DNA of 64,000 nt from Escherichia coli (GCF_003334355.1 NZ_QOWP01000016.1), one strand, 5' to 3'. Positions 20,411-33,964 are shown, counted from the first letter of the stretch. Numbers and translations: made by a program. Notes: generated by a model from the letters alone, not told the origin.

Positions 20411-20428
20411 TCCCTACTTAAGTAGGGA
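20411..20428. other. 18-bp perfect palindrome TCCCTACTTAAGTAGGGA downstream of cas3
   Basis: Self-complementary around CTTAAG; no U-tract follows. Confidence 0.4.
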
Positions 20429-20429
20429 A

Positions 20430-20774
20430 GGTGCACAATGTACATCTTCTTTTAATTTCCCGGTATGAGATTTTATATTCGCAGTATGAATATTTTATGT
20501 AATAAAATTTATGGTAATTATTATAACTAAAAGTTTCTTTGATAATAAAACGAATAACTTGCAGATTTGAAATGCATGCATTATTGTCTTTAAACAATTC
20601 AACACATCTTAATATATGTATAGGTTAATTGTATTTAACCAATGAATATATTTTTGCAGTGAATGTGATTATTGAATTAATTACGCCGTATTTTTTCTTT
20701 GTTTTTACCGATAACGGAAGTGTGCCGACGTATAGAAATGCAGGAGAAATGTCGGAGCATATGAAGGAGAACAA
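20430..20774 (+). promoter_or_regulatory. AT-rich cas3-casA intergenic region carrying the casA operon promoter (Pcas; H-NS/LeuO control known in K-12)
   Basis: About 345 bp of visibly AT-rich non-coding DNA directly upstream of casA; promoter elements not pinpointed. Confidence 0.5.
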
Positions 20775-22283
20775 ATGAATTTGCTTATTGATAACTGGAT
20801 CCCTGTACGCCCGCGAAACGGGGGGAAAGTCCAAATCATAAATCTGCAATCGCTATACTGCAGTAGAGATCAGTGGCGATTAAGTTTGCCCCGTGACGAT
20901 ATGGAACTGGCCGCTTTAGCACTGCTGGTTTGCATTGGGCAAATTATCGACCCGGCAAAAGATGACGTTGAATTTCGACATCGCATAATGAATCCGCTCA
21001 CTGAAGATGAGTTTCAACAACTCATCGCGCCGTGGATAGATATGTTCTACCTTAATCACGCAGAACATCCCTTTATGCAGACCAAAGGTGTCAAAGCAAA
21101 TGATGTGACTCCAATGGAAAAACTGTTGGCAGGGGTAAGCGGCGCGACGAATTGTGCTTTTGTCAATCAACCGGGTCAGGGTGAAGCATTATGTGGTGGA
21201 TGCACTGCGATTGCGTTATTCAACCAGGCGAATCAGGCACCTGGTTTTGGTGGTGGCTTTAAAAGCGGTTTACGTGGAGGAACACCTATAACCACCTTCG
21301 TACGTGGGATCGATCTTCGCTCGACGGTGTTACTCAATGTCCTCACAATACCTCGTCTTCAAAAACAATTTCCCAATGAATCACATACGGAAAACCAACC
21401 TACCTGGGTTAAGCCTGTCAAACCCAATGAATCTGTGCCAGCTTCGTCAATTGGCTTTGTCCGCGGCTTATTCTGGCAACCTGCGCATATTGAATTATGC
21501 GATCCCATTGGGATTGGAAAATGTTCTTGCTGTGGACAGGAAAGCAATTTGCGTTATACCGGTTTTCTTAAGGAAAAATTTACCTTTACAGTTAATGGGC
21601 TATGGCCCCATCCGCATTCCCCTTGTCTGGTAACAGTCAAGAAAGGGGAGGTTGAGGAAAAATTTCTTGCTTTCACCACCTCCGCACCATCATGGACACA
21701 AATCAGCCGAGTTGTGGTAGATAAGATTATTCAAAATGAAAATGGAAATCGCGTGGCGGCGGTTGTGAATCAATTCAGAAATATTGCGCCGCAAAGTCCT
21801 CTTGAATTGATTATGGGGGGATATCGTAATAATCAAGCATCTATTCTTGAACGGCGTCATGATGTGTTGATGTTTAATCAGGGGTGGCAACAATACGGCA
21901 ATGTGATAAACGAAATAGTTACTGTTGGTTTGGGATATAAAACAGCCTTACGCAAGGCGTTATATACCTTTGCAGAAGGGTTTAAAAATAAAGACTTTAA
22001 AGGGGCTGGAGTCTCTGTTCATGAGACTGCAGAAAGGCATTTCTATCGACAGAGTGAATTATTAATTCCCGATGTACTGGCGAATGTTAATTTTTCCCAG
22101 GCTGATGAGGTCATAGCTGATTTACGAGACAAACTTCATCAATTGTGTGAAATGTTATTTAATCAATCTGTAGCGCCCTATGCACATCATCCTAAATTAA
22201 TAAGCACATTAGCGCTCGCCCGCGCCACGCTATACAAACATTTACGGGAGTTAAAACCGCAAGGAGGGCCATCAAATGGCTGA
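20775..22283 (+). CDS. casA: Cascade large subunit Cse1
   Basis: 502 aa, MNLLIDNWIPVRPRNGGKV... Confidence 0.95.
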   Translation: MNLLIDNWIPVRPRNGGKVQIINLQSLYCSRDQWRLSLPRDDMELAALALLVCIGQIIDPAKDDVEFRHRIMNPLTEDEFQQLIAPWIDMFYLNHAEHPFMQTKGVKANDVTPMEKLLAGVSGATNCAFVNQPGQGEALCGGCTAIALFNQANQAPGFGGGFKSGLRGGTPITTFVRGIDLRSTVLLNVLTIPRLQKQFPNESHTENQPTWVKPVKPNESVPASSIGFVRGLFWQPAHIELCDPIGIGKCSCCGQESNLRYTGFLKEKFTFTVNGLWPHPHSPCLVTVKKGEVEEKFLAFTTSAPSWTQISRVVVDKIIQNENGNRVAAVVNQFRNIAPQSPLELIMGGYRNNQASILERRHDVLMFNQGWQQYGNVINEIVTVGLGYKTALRKALYTFAEGFKNKDFKGAGVSVHETAERHFYRQSELLIPDVLANVNFSQADEVIADLRDKLHQLCEMLFNQSVAPYAHHPKLISTLALARATLYKHLRELKPQGGPSNG

Positions 22284-22758
22284 TGAAATTGATGCAATGG
22301 CTTTATATCGAGCCTGGCAACAACTGGATAACGGAGCATGTGCGCAAATTAGACGTGTTTCAGAACCTGATGAATTACGCGATATCCCTGCGTTTTATAG
22401 GCTGGTGCAACCTTTTGGTTGGGAAAACCCACGTCACCAGCAGGCTCTTTTACGCATGGTGTTTTGCCTGAGCGCAGGAAAGAATGTCATCCGACATCAG
22501 GACAAAAAACCGGAGCAAACAACAGGTATCTCGTTGGGAAGAGCTTTAGCCAATAGTGGAAGAATTAACGAGCGCCGTATCTTTCAATTAATTCGGGCTG
22601 ACAGAACAGCCGATATGGTCCAGTTACGTCGATTGCTTGCTCACGCCGAACCCGTACTTGACTGGCCATTAATGGCCAGGATGTTGACCTGGTGGGGAAA
22701 GCGCGAACGCCAGCAACTTCTGGAAGATTTTGTATTGACCACAAACAAAAATGCGTAA
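22276..22758 (+). CDS. casB: Cascade small subunit Cse2
   Basis: 160 aa; overlaps the casA end. Confidence 0.95.
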   Translation: MADEIDAMALYRAWQQLDNGACAQIRRVSEPDELRDIPAFYRLVQPFGWENPRHQQALLRMVFCLSAGKNVIRHQDKKPEQTTGISLGRALANSGRINERRIFQLIRADRTADMVQLRRLLAHAEPVLDWPLMARMLTWWGKRERQQLLEDFVLTTNKNA

Positions 22759-22770
22759 GGAAACCTTTCT

Positions 22771-23862
22771 ATGTCTAACTTTATCAATATTCATGTTCTG
22801 ATCTCTCACAGCCCTTCATGTCTGAACCGCGACGATATGAACATGCAGAAAGACGCTATTTTCGGCGGGAAAAGACGAGTAAGAATTTCAAGTCAAAGCC
22901 TTAAACGTGCGATGCGTAAAAGTGATTATTACGCACAAAATATTGGTGAATCCAGTCTCAGAACAATTCATCTTGCACAATTACGTGATGTTCTTCGGCA
23001 AAAACTTAGTGAACGTTTTGACCAAAAAATCATCGATAAGACATTAGCGCTGCTCTCCGGTAAATCAGTTGATGAAGCCGAAAAGATTTCTGCCGATGCG
23101 GTTACTCCCTGGGTTGTGGGGGAAATAGCCTGGTTCTGTGAGCAGGTTGCAAAAGCAGAGGCTGATAATCTGGATGATAAAAAGCTGCTCAAAGTTCTTA
23201 AGGAAGATATTGCCGCCATACGTGTGAATTTACAGCAGGGTGTTGATATTGCGCTTAGTGGAAGAATGGCAACCAGCGGCATGATGAGTGAGTTGGGAAA
23301 AGTTGATGGTGCAATGTCTATTGCGCACGCGATCACTACCCATCAGGTTGATTCTGATATTGACTGGTTCACCGCCGTAGATGATTTACAGGAACAAGGT
23401 TCTGCACATCTGGGAACACAGGAATTTTCATCGGGTGTTTTTTATCGTTATGCCAATATTAACCTCGCTCAACTTCAGGAAAATTTAGGCGGTGCCTCCA
23501 GGGAGCAGGCTCTGGAAATTGCAACCCATGTTGTTCATATGCTGGCAACAGAGGTCCCTGGAGCAAAACAGCGTACTTATGCCGCTTTTAACCCTGCGGA
23601 TATGGTAATGGTTAATTTCTCCGATATGCCACTTTCTATGGCAAATGCTTTTGAAAAAGCGGTGAAAGCGAACGATGGCTTTTTGCAACCGTCTTTACAG
23701 GCGTTTAATCAATATTGGGATCGCGTTGCCAATGGATATGGTCTGAACGGAGCCGCTGCGCAATTCAGCTTGTCTGATGTAGACCCTATTACTGGCCAGG
23801 TACAGCAAATGCCTACTTTAGAACAGTTAAAGTCCTGGGTTCGTAATAATGGCGAGGCGTGA
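22771..23862 (+). CDS. casC: Cascade backbone subunit Cas7
   Basis: 363 aa. Confidence 0.95.
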   Translation: MSNFINIHVLISHSPSCLNRDDMNMQKDAIFGGKRRVRISSQSLKRAMRKSDYYAQNIGESSLRTIHLAQLRDVLRQKLSERFDQKIIDKTLALLSGKSVDEAEKISADAVTPWVVGEIAWFCEQVAKAEADNLDDKKLLKVLKEDIAAIRVNLQQGVDIALSGRMATSGMMSELGKVDGAMSIAHAITTHQVDSDIDWFTAVDDLQEQGSAHLGTQEFSSGVFYRYANINLAQLQENLGGASREQALEIATHVVHMLATEVPGAKQRTYAAFNPADMVMVNFSDMPLSMANAFEKAVKANDGFLQPSLQAFNQYWDRVANGYGLNGAAAQFSLSDVDPITGQVQQMPTLEQLKSWVRNNGEA

Positions 23863-23864
23863 AC

Positions 23865-24539
23865 ATGAGATCTTATTTGATCTTGCGACTTGCTGGGCCA
23901 ATGCAAGCCTGGGGGCAGCCGACCTTTGAAGGAACGCGACCTACCGGAAGATTTCCGACCCGAAGCGGGTTATTAGGGCTACTCGGGGCTTGTCTTGGGA
24001 TCCAACGTGATGATACTTCTTCATTACAGGCGTTATCAGAGAGTGTGCAATTTGCAGTGCGCTGCGATGAACTCATTCTTGACGATCGTCGTGTGTCTGT
24101 AACGGGGTTGCGTGATTACCATACAGTCCTTGGAGCGCGAGAAGATTACCGTGGTTTGAAAAGTCATGAAACGATTCAAACATGGCGCGAATATTTATGT
24201 GATGCCTCCTTTACCGTCGCTCTCTGGTTAACACCACAGGCAACGATGGTTATGTCAGAACTTGAAAAAGCAGTATTAAAGCCTCGGTATACACCGTATC
24301 TGGGGCGGAGGAGTTGTCCGCTAACACAACCGCTTTTTCTCGGGACATGTCAGGCATCGGATCCTCAGAAGGTGCTATTAAATTATGAGCCCGTTGGCGG
24401 CGATATTTATAGTGAGGAATCAGTTGACGGGCATCATTTAAAATTTACGGTGCGCGACGAACCGATGATCACCTTGCCTCGACAATTTGCTTCCCGAGAA
24501 TGGTATGTGATTAAAGGAGGTATGGATGTATCTCAGTAA
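23865..24539 (+). CDS. casD: Cascade subunit Cas5
   Basis: 224 aa from ATG 23865 (MRSYLILRLAGPMQAWG). Confidence 0.93.
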   Translation: MRSYLILRLAGPMQAWGQPTFEGTRPTGRFPTRSGLLGLLGACLGIQRDDTSSLQALSESVQFAVRCDELILDDRRVSVTGLRDYHTVLGAREDYRGLKSHETIQTWREYLCDASFTVALWLTPQATMVMSELEKAVLKPRYTPYLGRRSCPLTQPLFLGTCQASDPQKVLLNYEPVGGDIYSEESVDGHHLKFTVRDEPMITLPRQFASREWYVIKGGMDVSQ

Positions 24540-25125
24540 AGTCATCATTGCCAGGGCCTGGAGCAGGGATCTTTACCAACTTCACCAGGGATTATGGCAT
24601 TTATTTCCAAACAGACCGGATGCTGCTCGTGATTTTCTTTTTCATGTTGAGAAGCGAAACACACCAGAAGGCTGTCATGTTTTATTGCAGTCAGCGCAAA
24701 TGCCTGTTTCAACTGCCGTTGCGACAGTCATTAAAACTAAACAGGTTGAATTTCAACTTCAGGTTGGTGTTCCACTCTATTTTCGGCTTCGGGCAAATCC
24801 GATAAAAACTATTCTCGACAATCAAAAACGCCTGGACAGTAAAGGGAATATAAAACGCTGTCGGGTTCCGTTAATAAAAGAAGCAGAACAAATCGCGTGG
24901 TTGCAGCGTAAATTGGGCAATGCCGCGCGCGTTGAAGATGTGCATCCCATATCGGAACGACCACAGTATTTTTCTGGTGATGGTAAAAGTGGAAAGATCC
25001 AAACGGTTTGCTTTGAAGGGGTGATCACCATCAACGACGCGCCAGCGTTAATAGATCTTGTACAGCAAGGTATTGGGCCAGCCAAATCGATGGGATGTGG
25101 CTTGCTATCCCTGGCTCCACTGTGA
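24526..25125 (+). CDS. casE: Cas6e pre-crRNA endoribonuclease
   Basis: 199 aa; 14-bp overlap with casD. Confidence 0.95.
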   Translation: MYLSKVIIARAWSRDLYQLHQGLWHLFPNRPDAARDFLFHVEKRNTPEGCHVLLQSAQMPVSTAVATVIKTKQVEFQLQVGVPLYFRLRANPIKTILDNQKRLDSKGNIKRCRVPLIKEAEQIAWLQRKLGNAARVEDVHPISERPQYFSGDGKSGKIQTVCFEGVITINDAPALIDLVQQGIGPAKSMGCGLLSLAPL

Positions 25126-25140
25126 TTAAGGTGTAATAAA

Positions 25141-26344
<1,204 letters not shown>

Positions 26345-26449
26345 AAACAAAGAATTAGCTGATCTTTAATAATAAGGAAATGTTACATTAAGGTTGGTGG
26401 GTTGTTTTTATGGGAAAAAATGCTTTAAGAACAAATGTATACTTTTAGA
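26345..26449 (+). promoter_or_regulatory. CRISPR leader (crRNA promoter and spacer-integration region)
   Basis: AT-rich 105 bp between the cas2 stop and the first repeat, ending ...ACTTTTAGA. Confidence 0.8.
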
Positions 26450-26600
26450 GAGTTCCCCGCGTCAGCGGGGATAAACCGCCAAAGCAAAAGAAGTCGTCGA
26501 TAATATGCGTGAGTTCCCCGCGTCAGCGGGGATAAACCGGGCGCACTGGATGCGATGATGGATATCACTTAGAATTCCCCGCCCCTGCGGTAGAACACCC
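26450..26600 (+). CRISPR. Cas-adjacent CRISPR array (CRISPR2.1-like): 2 intact repeats plus a degenerate terminal repeat, 2 spacers
   Basis: GAGTTCCCCGCGTCAGCGGGGATAAACCG at 26450 and 26511 (T at repeat position 13, where the distal array has C); degenerate GAATTCCCCGCCCCTGCGGTAGAACACCC at 26572. Confidence 0.93.
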
Positions 26601-26620
26601 AGCTCCCATTTTCAAACCCA

Positions 26621-27658
26621 TCAAGACGCCTTCGCCAACTCCTTCACCAGAGGTAGCATTATCCGCATAACGTCACGGCAGCGACGTTCTATTCTTCCAG
26701 GAAGTGCCTTATCAATATGCTGTTGATTATCCAGTCTTACGTCATGCCAGCTATTTCCCGCAGGGAATGCGGCTGTTTTTGCGCGTTGCTGATAACCATC
26801 CTTATTCCCAAGATTCCAGTTAGTCGCTTCCACCGAAAGTACAGCAATGCCCGCTTTGTCGAATATTTCTGCGTCATTACAACACCCAGTGCCTTTCGGA
26901 TAATTTTTATTCAAACCCGGATTGGTCGTTGCGGCTATTCCGTGACTGCGTGCAATTGCCAGCGCCCTGTCGCGCGTTAATTTCCTTACTGCTTCAGGGG
27001 TTTTTACACCGCTGTTGAAATACAATTTATCGCCAACAATTAAGTTATCGAGATTAATCACCAGCAGCGTATTTTTCTTTTCGGTGTCACTCATCCGCTT
27101 GAGTAAATTCTCAGCGCCTAATTTCCCTTCCTCTTCGCCGCTGGTCGCCACAAATCGAATACCATACTCGGTAGGCGTATTTTTCAGGCGTTCTGCCAAT
27201 TCCAGCATGACACCTAAACCTGCGGCGTTATCATCCATTCCTTGTAACGTCAGCCCGCCGAGATTGGCATCGGCGTCAGCATCGCTCAGCGGGGCGTAAG
27301 TATCCAGATGCGCCATAATGATGATCTGCTGCGGCGCTTTGCCTTCATGAGCGGCAATCACCGTACTTCCCGTCACGTTATGCCAGCTCTTACGATTATC
27401 GCGGGCGGTATAAATATACCGACTATTAAATGTCCGAATATCACTGCGATAACCCATTTGCTGAAACTGTTGGCGAATATAATCGGCAGATAACATTTCT
27501 GCAGGAGTTCCGGTCATGCGTCCCGGAAAGAAAGTAGCAATATGTCGTGCCTGAGTATTAGCAAAATCGCCAGGTTTAGGTGACGAGGCGTGTACGGGGA
27601 GAATAAAGCATACGCCGAGCGCCAGGGCAGCGGTACGGTGGCGCAATGCGGAAAACAT
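26621..27658 (-). CDS. iap: Alkaline phosphatase isozyme conversion aminopeptidase
   Basis: 345-aa ORF. Confidence 0.9.
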   Translation of the reverse strand: MFSALRHRTAALALGVCFILPVHASSPKPGDFANTQARHIATFFPGRMTGTPAEMLSADYIRQQFQQMGYRSDIRTFNSRYIYTARDNRKSWHNVTGSTVIAAHEGKAPQQIIIMAHLDTYAPLSDADADANLGGLTLQGMDDNAAGLGVMLELAERLKNTPTEYGIRFVATSGEEEGKLGAENLLKRMSDTEKKNTLLVINLDNLIVGDKLYFNSGVKTPEAVRKLTRDRALAIARSHGIAATTNPGLNKNYPKGTGCCNDAEIFDKAGIAVLSVEATNWNLGNKDGYQQRAKTAAFPAGNSWHDVRLDNQQHIDKALPGRIERRCRDVMRIMLPLVKELAKAS

Positions 27659-27909
27659 AGTGAGTCCTTAAATACCATGCAAATTTTTTTACCGCCATAG
27701 TATGAAACTGCCGCTGCGCTAAAACAATTTCAAATCTTCCTAAACGCCCGAAATCCGGTGCCTTAAGCACTTTTTGATATTAGCTTTGCCAAATCGTTAT
27801 TCCGTTAAGGAACTACTCATTCTAATTGGTAATTTCATTCGTTCTCTTACGCTCCCTATAGTCGAAACATCTGATGGCAAGAAAATAGCGGTATTGCAAA
27901 GGAACGGTT

Positions 27910-28818
27910 ATGGATCAAATACGACTTACTCACCTGCGGCAACTGGAGGCGGAAAGCATCCACATTATTCGCGAGGTGGCGGCAGAATTCTCAAATCCGG
28001 TGATGCTCTACTCTATCGGTAAAGATTCCAGCGTCATGCTGCATCTGGCGCGCAAGGCGTTTTATCCAGGTACGCTGCCTTTCCCGTTGCTGCATGTCGA
28101 TACCGGCTGGAAATTCCGCGAGATGTATGAGTTCCGCGATCGTACTGCTAAAGCCTACGGCTGCGAACTGCTGGTGCATAAAAACCCGGAAGGCGTGGCG
28201 ATGGGGATTAATCCATTCGTGCACGGCAGCGCGAAACATACCGATATTATGAAAACTGAAGGCCTAAAACAGGCGCTGAACAAATACGGTTTTGATGCCG
28301 CCTTCGGTGGTGCGCGCCGTGACGAAGAGAAATCCCGCGCTAAAGAGCGAATTTACTCTTTCCGTGACCGCTTCCATCGCTGGGATCCGAAAAATCAGCG
28401 CCCGGAGCTGTGGCACAACTACAACGGGCAAATTAACAAAGGCGAAAGCATCCGCGTCTTCCCGCTCTCTAACTGGACCGAGCAGGATATCTGGCAATAC
28501 ATCTGGCTGGAAAATATCGACATTGTTCCGCTATATCTCGCTGCGGAACGTCCGGTTCTGGAACGCGACGGTATGTTGATGATGATTGATGACAACCGTA
28601 TCGACCTGCAACCGGGCGAAGTGATTAAAAAACGGATGGTGCGTTTCCGTACGCTGGGCTGCTGGCCGCTGACCGGTGCGGTGGAGTCAAATGCACAAAC
28701 ACTGCCGGAAATCATCGAAGAGATGCTGGTTTCCACCACCAGTGAACGTCAGGGCCGCGTGATTGACCGCGACCAGGCGGGGTCTATGGAGCTGAAAAAA
28801 CGTCAGGGGTATTTTTAA
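27910..28818 (+). CDS. cysD: Sulfate adenylyltransferase subunit 2
   Basis: 302 aa. Confidence 0.95.
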   Translation: MDQIRLTHLRQLEAESIHIIREVAAEFSNPVMLYSIGKDSSVMLHLARKAFYPGTLPFPLLHVDTGWKFREMYEFRDRTAKAYGCELLVHKNPEGVAMGINPFVHGSAKHTDIMKTEGLKQALNKYGFDAAFGGARRDEEKSRAKERIYSFRDRFHRWDPKNQRPELWHNYNGQINKGESIRVFPLSNWTEQDIWQYIWLENIDIVPLYLAAERPVLERDGMLMMIDDNRIDLQPGEVIKKRMVRFRTLGCWPLTGAVESNAQTLPEIIEEMLVSTTSERQGRVIDRDQAGSMELKKRQGYF

Positions 28819-28819
28819 G

Positions 28820-30247
28820 ATGAACACCGCACTTGCACAACAAATCGCCAATGAAGGCGGCGTCGAAGCCTGGATGATTGCGCAACAACATAAAAGCCTG
28901 CTGCGTTTTCTGACCTGTGGTAGCGTCGATGACGGCAAAAGTACTCTGATTGGTCGTCTGCTGCACGATACCCGCCAAATCTACGAAGATCAGCTCTCAT
29001 CGCTGCATAACGACAGTAAGCGTCACGGCACCCAGGGCGAAAAGCTGGATCTGGCTCTGCTGGTGGACGGCCTGCAAGCTGAGCGCGAACAGGGCATCAC
29101 CATTGACGTGGCCTACCGCTATTTCTCTACCGAGAAGCGTAAATTTATTATCGCCGACACCCCAGGGCACGAGCAGTACACCCGCAATATGGCGACTGGC
29201 GCATCGACATGTGAACTGGCGATCTTACTGATCGATGCCCGTAAAGGCGTGCTCGATCAAACCCGTCGTCACAGTTTTATCTCCACACTGTTGGGGATCA
29301 AACATCTGGTCGTGGCGATCAACAAAATGGATCTGGTGGATTACAGTGAAGAGACGTTCACCCGTATTCGTGAAGATTATTTGACCTTTGCCGGGCAGCT
29401 GCCGGGTAATCTGGATATCCGCTTTGTGCCGCTCTCTGCACTGGAAGGCGACAACGTGGCATCGCAAAGTGAAAGTATGCCGTGGTACAGCGGTCCGACA
29501 CTGCTCGAAGTGCTGGAAACCGTGGAGATCCAGCGAGTGGTGGATGCTCAGCCAATGCGCTTCCCGGTGCAGTACGTTAATCGCCCGAATCTCGATTTTC
29601 GTGGTTACGCCGGAACGCTGGCATCCGGTCGCGTGGAAGTCGGGCAACGTGTCAAAGTGCTGCCCTCTGGTGTGGAATCAAACGTCGCGCGGATCGTGAC
29701 TTTTGATGGTGATCGCGAAGAAGCCTTTGCCGGAGAAGCGATCACCCTGGTGCTGACGGATGAGATCGACATCAGCCGTGGCGATCTGCTGCTGGCGGCA
29801 GACGAAGCGTTACCGGCGGTGCAGAGCGCGTCGGTGGATGTGGTATGGATGGCGGAACAGCCGCTTTCTCCAGGGCAGAGTTACGACATCAAAATTGCCG
29901 GTAAGAAGACGCGCGCGCGTGTTGATGGCATTCGCTATCAGGTTGATATTAATAACCTTACCCAGCGTGAAGTTGAAAACCTGCCACTGAATGGGATCGG
30001 CCTCGTGGATCTCACTTTTGACGAGCCGCTGGTGTTAGATCGTTATCAACAAAATCCGGTGACGGGTGGGCTGATTTTTATCGATCGCCTGAGCAATGTG
30101 ACCGTGGGTGCCGGTATGGTGCACGAGCCAGTTAGCCAGGCAACTGCTGCGCCATCTGAATTCAGTGCATTCGAACTGGAATTGAATGCTCTGGTTCGTC
30201 GCCACTTTCCGCACTGGGGCGCGCGCGATTTGCTGGGGGATAAATAA
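28820..30247 (+). CDS. cysN: Sulfate adenylyltransferase subunit 1 (GTPase)
   Basis: 475 aa; GTP-binding motifs (DDGKST, DTPGH, NKMD). Confidence 0.95.
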
Positions 30248-30852
30248 TGGCGCTGCATGACGAAAACGTCGTCTGGCATAGCCATCCGGTCACTGTGCAA
30301 CAACGCGAGCTACACCACGGTCATCGTGGTGTAGTGCTGTGGTTTACCGGCCTCTCCGGGTCCGGTAAATCAACGGTCGCCGGGGCGCTGGAGGAGGCGT
30401 TACATAAACTCGGCGTCAGTACGTATCTGCTGGATGGCGACAATGTTCGCCACGGATTATGCAGCGATCTCGGTTTTAGCGATGCCGATCGTAAAGAGAA
30501 TATCCGTCGCGTCGGTGAAGTGGCGAATTTGATGGTTGAAGCCGGACTGGTGGTGCTGACCGCATTTATCTCGCCACACCGCGCCGAACGCCAGATGGTT
30601 CGCGAACGCGTAGGAGAAGGGCGCTTTATCGAAGTGTTTGTCGATACGCCGCTGGCGATTTGCGAAGCCCGCGATCCCAAAGGCTTATATAAGAAAGCGC
30701 GTGCCGGTGAACTGCGCAACTTTACGGGAATAGATTCCGTTTACGAAGCGCCTGAATCGGCAGAAATTCATCTCAATGGTGAACAATTAGTAACAAATTT
30801 GGTACAGCAATTATTAGATCTGTTGAGACAGAACGATATTATCAGATCCTGA
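30247..30852 (+). CDS. cysC: Adenylylsulfate kinase
   Basis: 201 aa; P-loop GLSGSGKST; TAATG overlap with cysN. Confidence 0.95.
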
Positions 30853-30901
30853 GACACCACCGGGTTTCCATGCCCGGTTCGTCAAAGTAACAGGATCAAA
30901 T

Positions 30902-31225
30902 ATGCGTAATAGCCATAACATTACACTAACAAATAACGACAGCCTTACTGAGGATGAAGAAACCACATGGTCACTGCCTGGTGCCGTGGTCGGTTTTATC
31001 TCCTGGTTATTTGCGCTGGCGATGCCGATGTTGATTTATGGCTCTAACACGCTGTTCTTCTTTATCTACACCTGGCCTTTCTTTCTGGCGCTGATGCCCG
31101 TCGCGGTAGTGGTGGGGATTGCGCTGCATTCATTGATGGACGGAAAGCTACGCTACAGTATTGTTTTCACCCTGGTGACAGTAGGCATTATGTTTGGCGC
31201 ACTGTTTATGTGGCTACTGGGCTAA
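30902..31225 (+). CDS. ygbE: Small inner-membrane protein
   Basis: 107-aa hydrophobic ORF. Confidence 0.8.
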   Translation: MRNSHNITLTNNDSLTEDEETTWSLPGAVVGFISWLFALAMPMLIYGSNTLFFFIYTWPFFLALMPVAVVVGIALHSLMDGKLRYSIVFTLVTVGIMFGALFMWLLG

Positions 31226-31418
31226 TTTGTACTTTCCCGTCTCCTCTGTTCATAATTCAAACCGTAACTAATAATGAGATTATGTTCTGCACGCCCTGGG
31301 TATACGTAACAATGGACAAATGTGGTACATTTGCCCGCGTTGTCGCGGTATCCCCAACAGAGGATGTAGAGTCGTCTTCGGATGCATGGGATGATGATGC
31401 CGTTTTTCAGGGGGCAGG

Positions 31419-31730
31419 ATGGGTAAACTAACGCTGCTGTTGCTGGCTATTCTGGTCTGGCTACAGTATTCGCTGTGGTTCGGTAAGAACGGTATACATG
31501 ACTATACCCGCGTCAATGATGATGTGGCGGCACAGCAAGCTACAAACGCGAAACTTAAAGCGCGAAACGATCAACTTTTTGCCGAAATTGACGATCTCAA
31601 TGGCGGCCAGGAGGCGCTCGAAGAGCGTGCGCGTAATGAACTCAGCATGACCAGGCCGGGCGAAACTTTTTATCGTCTGGTGCCTGACGCGTCGAAGCGC
31701 GCACAGTCTGCGGGGCAAAACAATCGATAA
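31419..31730 (+). CDS. ftsB: Cell division protein FtsB
   Basis: 103 aa; N-terminal membrane anchor then coiled-coil region. Confidence 0.9.
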
Positions 31731-31748
31731 ATCAGCCCGGGAATTAAC

Positions 31749-32459
31749 ATGGCAACCACTCATTTGGATGTTTGCGCCGTGGTTCCGGCGGCCGGATTTG
31801 GCCGTCGAATGCAAACGGAATGTCCTAAGCAATATCTCTCAATCGGTAATCAAACCATTCTTGAACACTCGGTGCATGCGCTGCTGGCGCATCCCCGGGT
31901 GAAACGTGTCGTCATTGCCATAAGTCCTGGCGATAGCCGTTTTGCACAACTTTCTCTGGCGAATCATCCGCAAATCACCGTTGTAGATGGCGGTGATGAG
32001 CGTGCCGATTCCGTGCTGGCAGGTCTGAAAGCCGCTGGCGACGCGCAGTGGGTATTGGTGCATGACGCCGCTCGTCCTTGTTTGCATCAGGATGACCTCG
32101 CGCGATTGTTGGCGTTGAGCGAAACCAGCCGCACGGGGGGGATCCTCGCCGCACCAGTGCGCGATACTATGAAACGTGCCGAACCGGGCAAAAATGCCAT
32201 TGCTCATACCGTTGATCGCAACGGCTTATGGCACGCGCTGACGCCGCAATTTTTCCCTCGTGAGCTGTTACATGACTGTCTGACGCGCGCTCTAAATGAA
32301 GGCGCGACTATTACCGACGAAGCCTCGGCGCTGGAATATTGCGGATTCCATCCTCAGTTGGTCGAAGGCCGTGCGGATAACATTAAAGTCACGCGCCCGG
32401 AAGATTTGGCACTGGCCGAGTTTTACCTCACCCGAACCATCCATCAGGAGAATACATAA
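31749..32459 (+). CDS. ispD: 2-C-methyl-D-erythritol 4-phosphate cytidylyltransferase
   Basis: 236 aa. Confidence 0.93.
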
Positions 32460-32938
32460 TGCGAATTGGACACGGTTTTGACGTACATGCCTTTGGCGGT
32501 GAAGGCCCAATTATCATTGGTGGCGTACGCATTCCTTACGAAAAAGGATTGCTGGCGCATTCTGATGGCGACGTGGCGCTCCATGCGTTGACCGATGCAT
32601 TGCTTGGCGCGGCGGCGCTGGGGGATATCGGCAAGCTGTTCCCGGATACCGATCCGGCATTTAAAGGTGCCGATAGCCGCGAGCTGCTACGCGAAGCCTG
32701 GCGTCGTATTCAGGCGAAGGGTTATACCCTTGGCAACGTCGATGTCACTATCATCGCTCAGGCACCGAAGATGTTGCCGCACATTCCACAAATGCGCGTG
32801 TTTATTGCCGAAGATCTCGGCTGCCATATGGATGATGTTAACGTGAAAGCCACTACTACGGAAAAACTGGGATTTACCGGACGTGGGGAAGGGATTGCCT
32901 GTGAAGCGGTGGCGCTACTCATTAAGGCAACAAAATGA
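32459..32938 (+). CDS. ispF: 2-C-methyl-D-erythritol 2,4-cyclodiphosphate synthase
   Basis: 159 aa; TAATG overlap with ispD. Confidence 0.93.
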
Positions 32939-33964
32939 TTGAGTTTGATAATCTCACTTACCTCCACGGTAAACCGCAAGGCACCGGGCTGCTGAAAGCC
33001 AATCCGGAAGACTTTGTGGTGGTGGAAGATTTGGGCTTTGAGCCTGATGGTGAAGGTGAGCATATTCTGGTTAGAATCCTCAAAAACGGCTGCAATACCC
33101 GTTTTGTGGCGGATGCACTGGCGAAATTCCTGAAAATTCATGCCCGTGAAGTCAGCTTCGCTGGGCAAAAAGACAAACATGCTGTTACGGAACAGTGGTT
33201 ATGCGCTCGCGTGCCGGGCAAGGAAATGCCCGATCTGAGCGCCTTTCAACTGGAAGGCTGCCAGGTGCTGGAGTATGCGCGGCACAAGCGCAAGCTGCGT
33301 TTAGGCGCGCTGAAAGGTAACGCCTTTACCCTGGTTCTGCGCGAAGTGAGCAATCGCGATGACGTTGAACAACGTCTGATCGATATTTGCGTAAAAGGTG
33401 TACCGAACTACTTCGGTGCCCAACGTTTTGGGATTGGCGGTAGCAACTTGCAGGGGGCGCAGCGCTGGGCGCAAACCAATACTCCGGTGCGCGATCGCAA
33501 TAAACGGAGTTTTTGGTTGTCGGCAGCCCGCAGTGCGTTGTTTAATCAGATTGTTGCTGAGCGCCTCAAAAAAGCAGACGTTAATCAAGTTGTTGACGGC
33601 GATGCGCTACAATTAGCCGGACGTGGTAGCTGGTTTGTCGCAACCACCGAAGAACTGGCGGAATTACAGCGTCGCGTCAACGATAAAGAGTTGATGATAA
33701 CCGCCGCATTGCCAGGCAGTGGCGAATGGGGAACTCAGCGTGAAGCGCTGGCATTCGAACAAGCAGCTGTCGCCGCAGAAACTGAATTACAAGCTTTACT
33801 GGTGCGCGAAAAAGTTGAAGCCGCGCGCAGAGCGATGCTGCTGTATCCGCAACAATTAAGCTGGAATTGGTGGGATGACGTCACCGTAGAGATCCGTTTC
33901 TGGCTTCCGGCGGGTAGTTTTGCAACCAGCGTTGTCAGGGAACTTATCAACACAACAGGTGATT

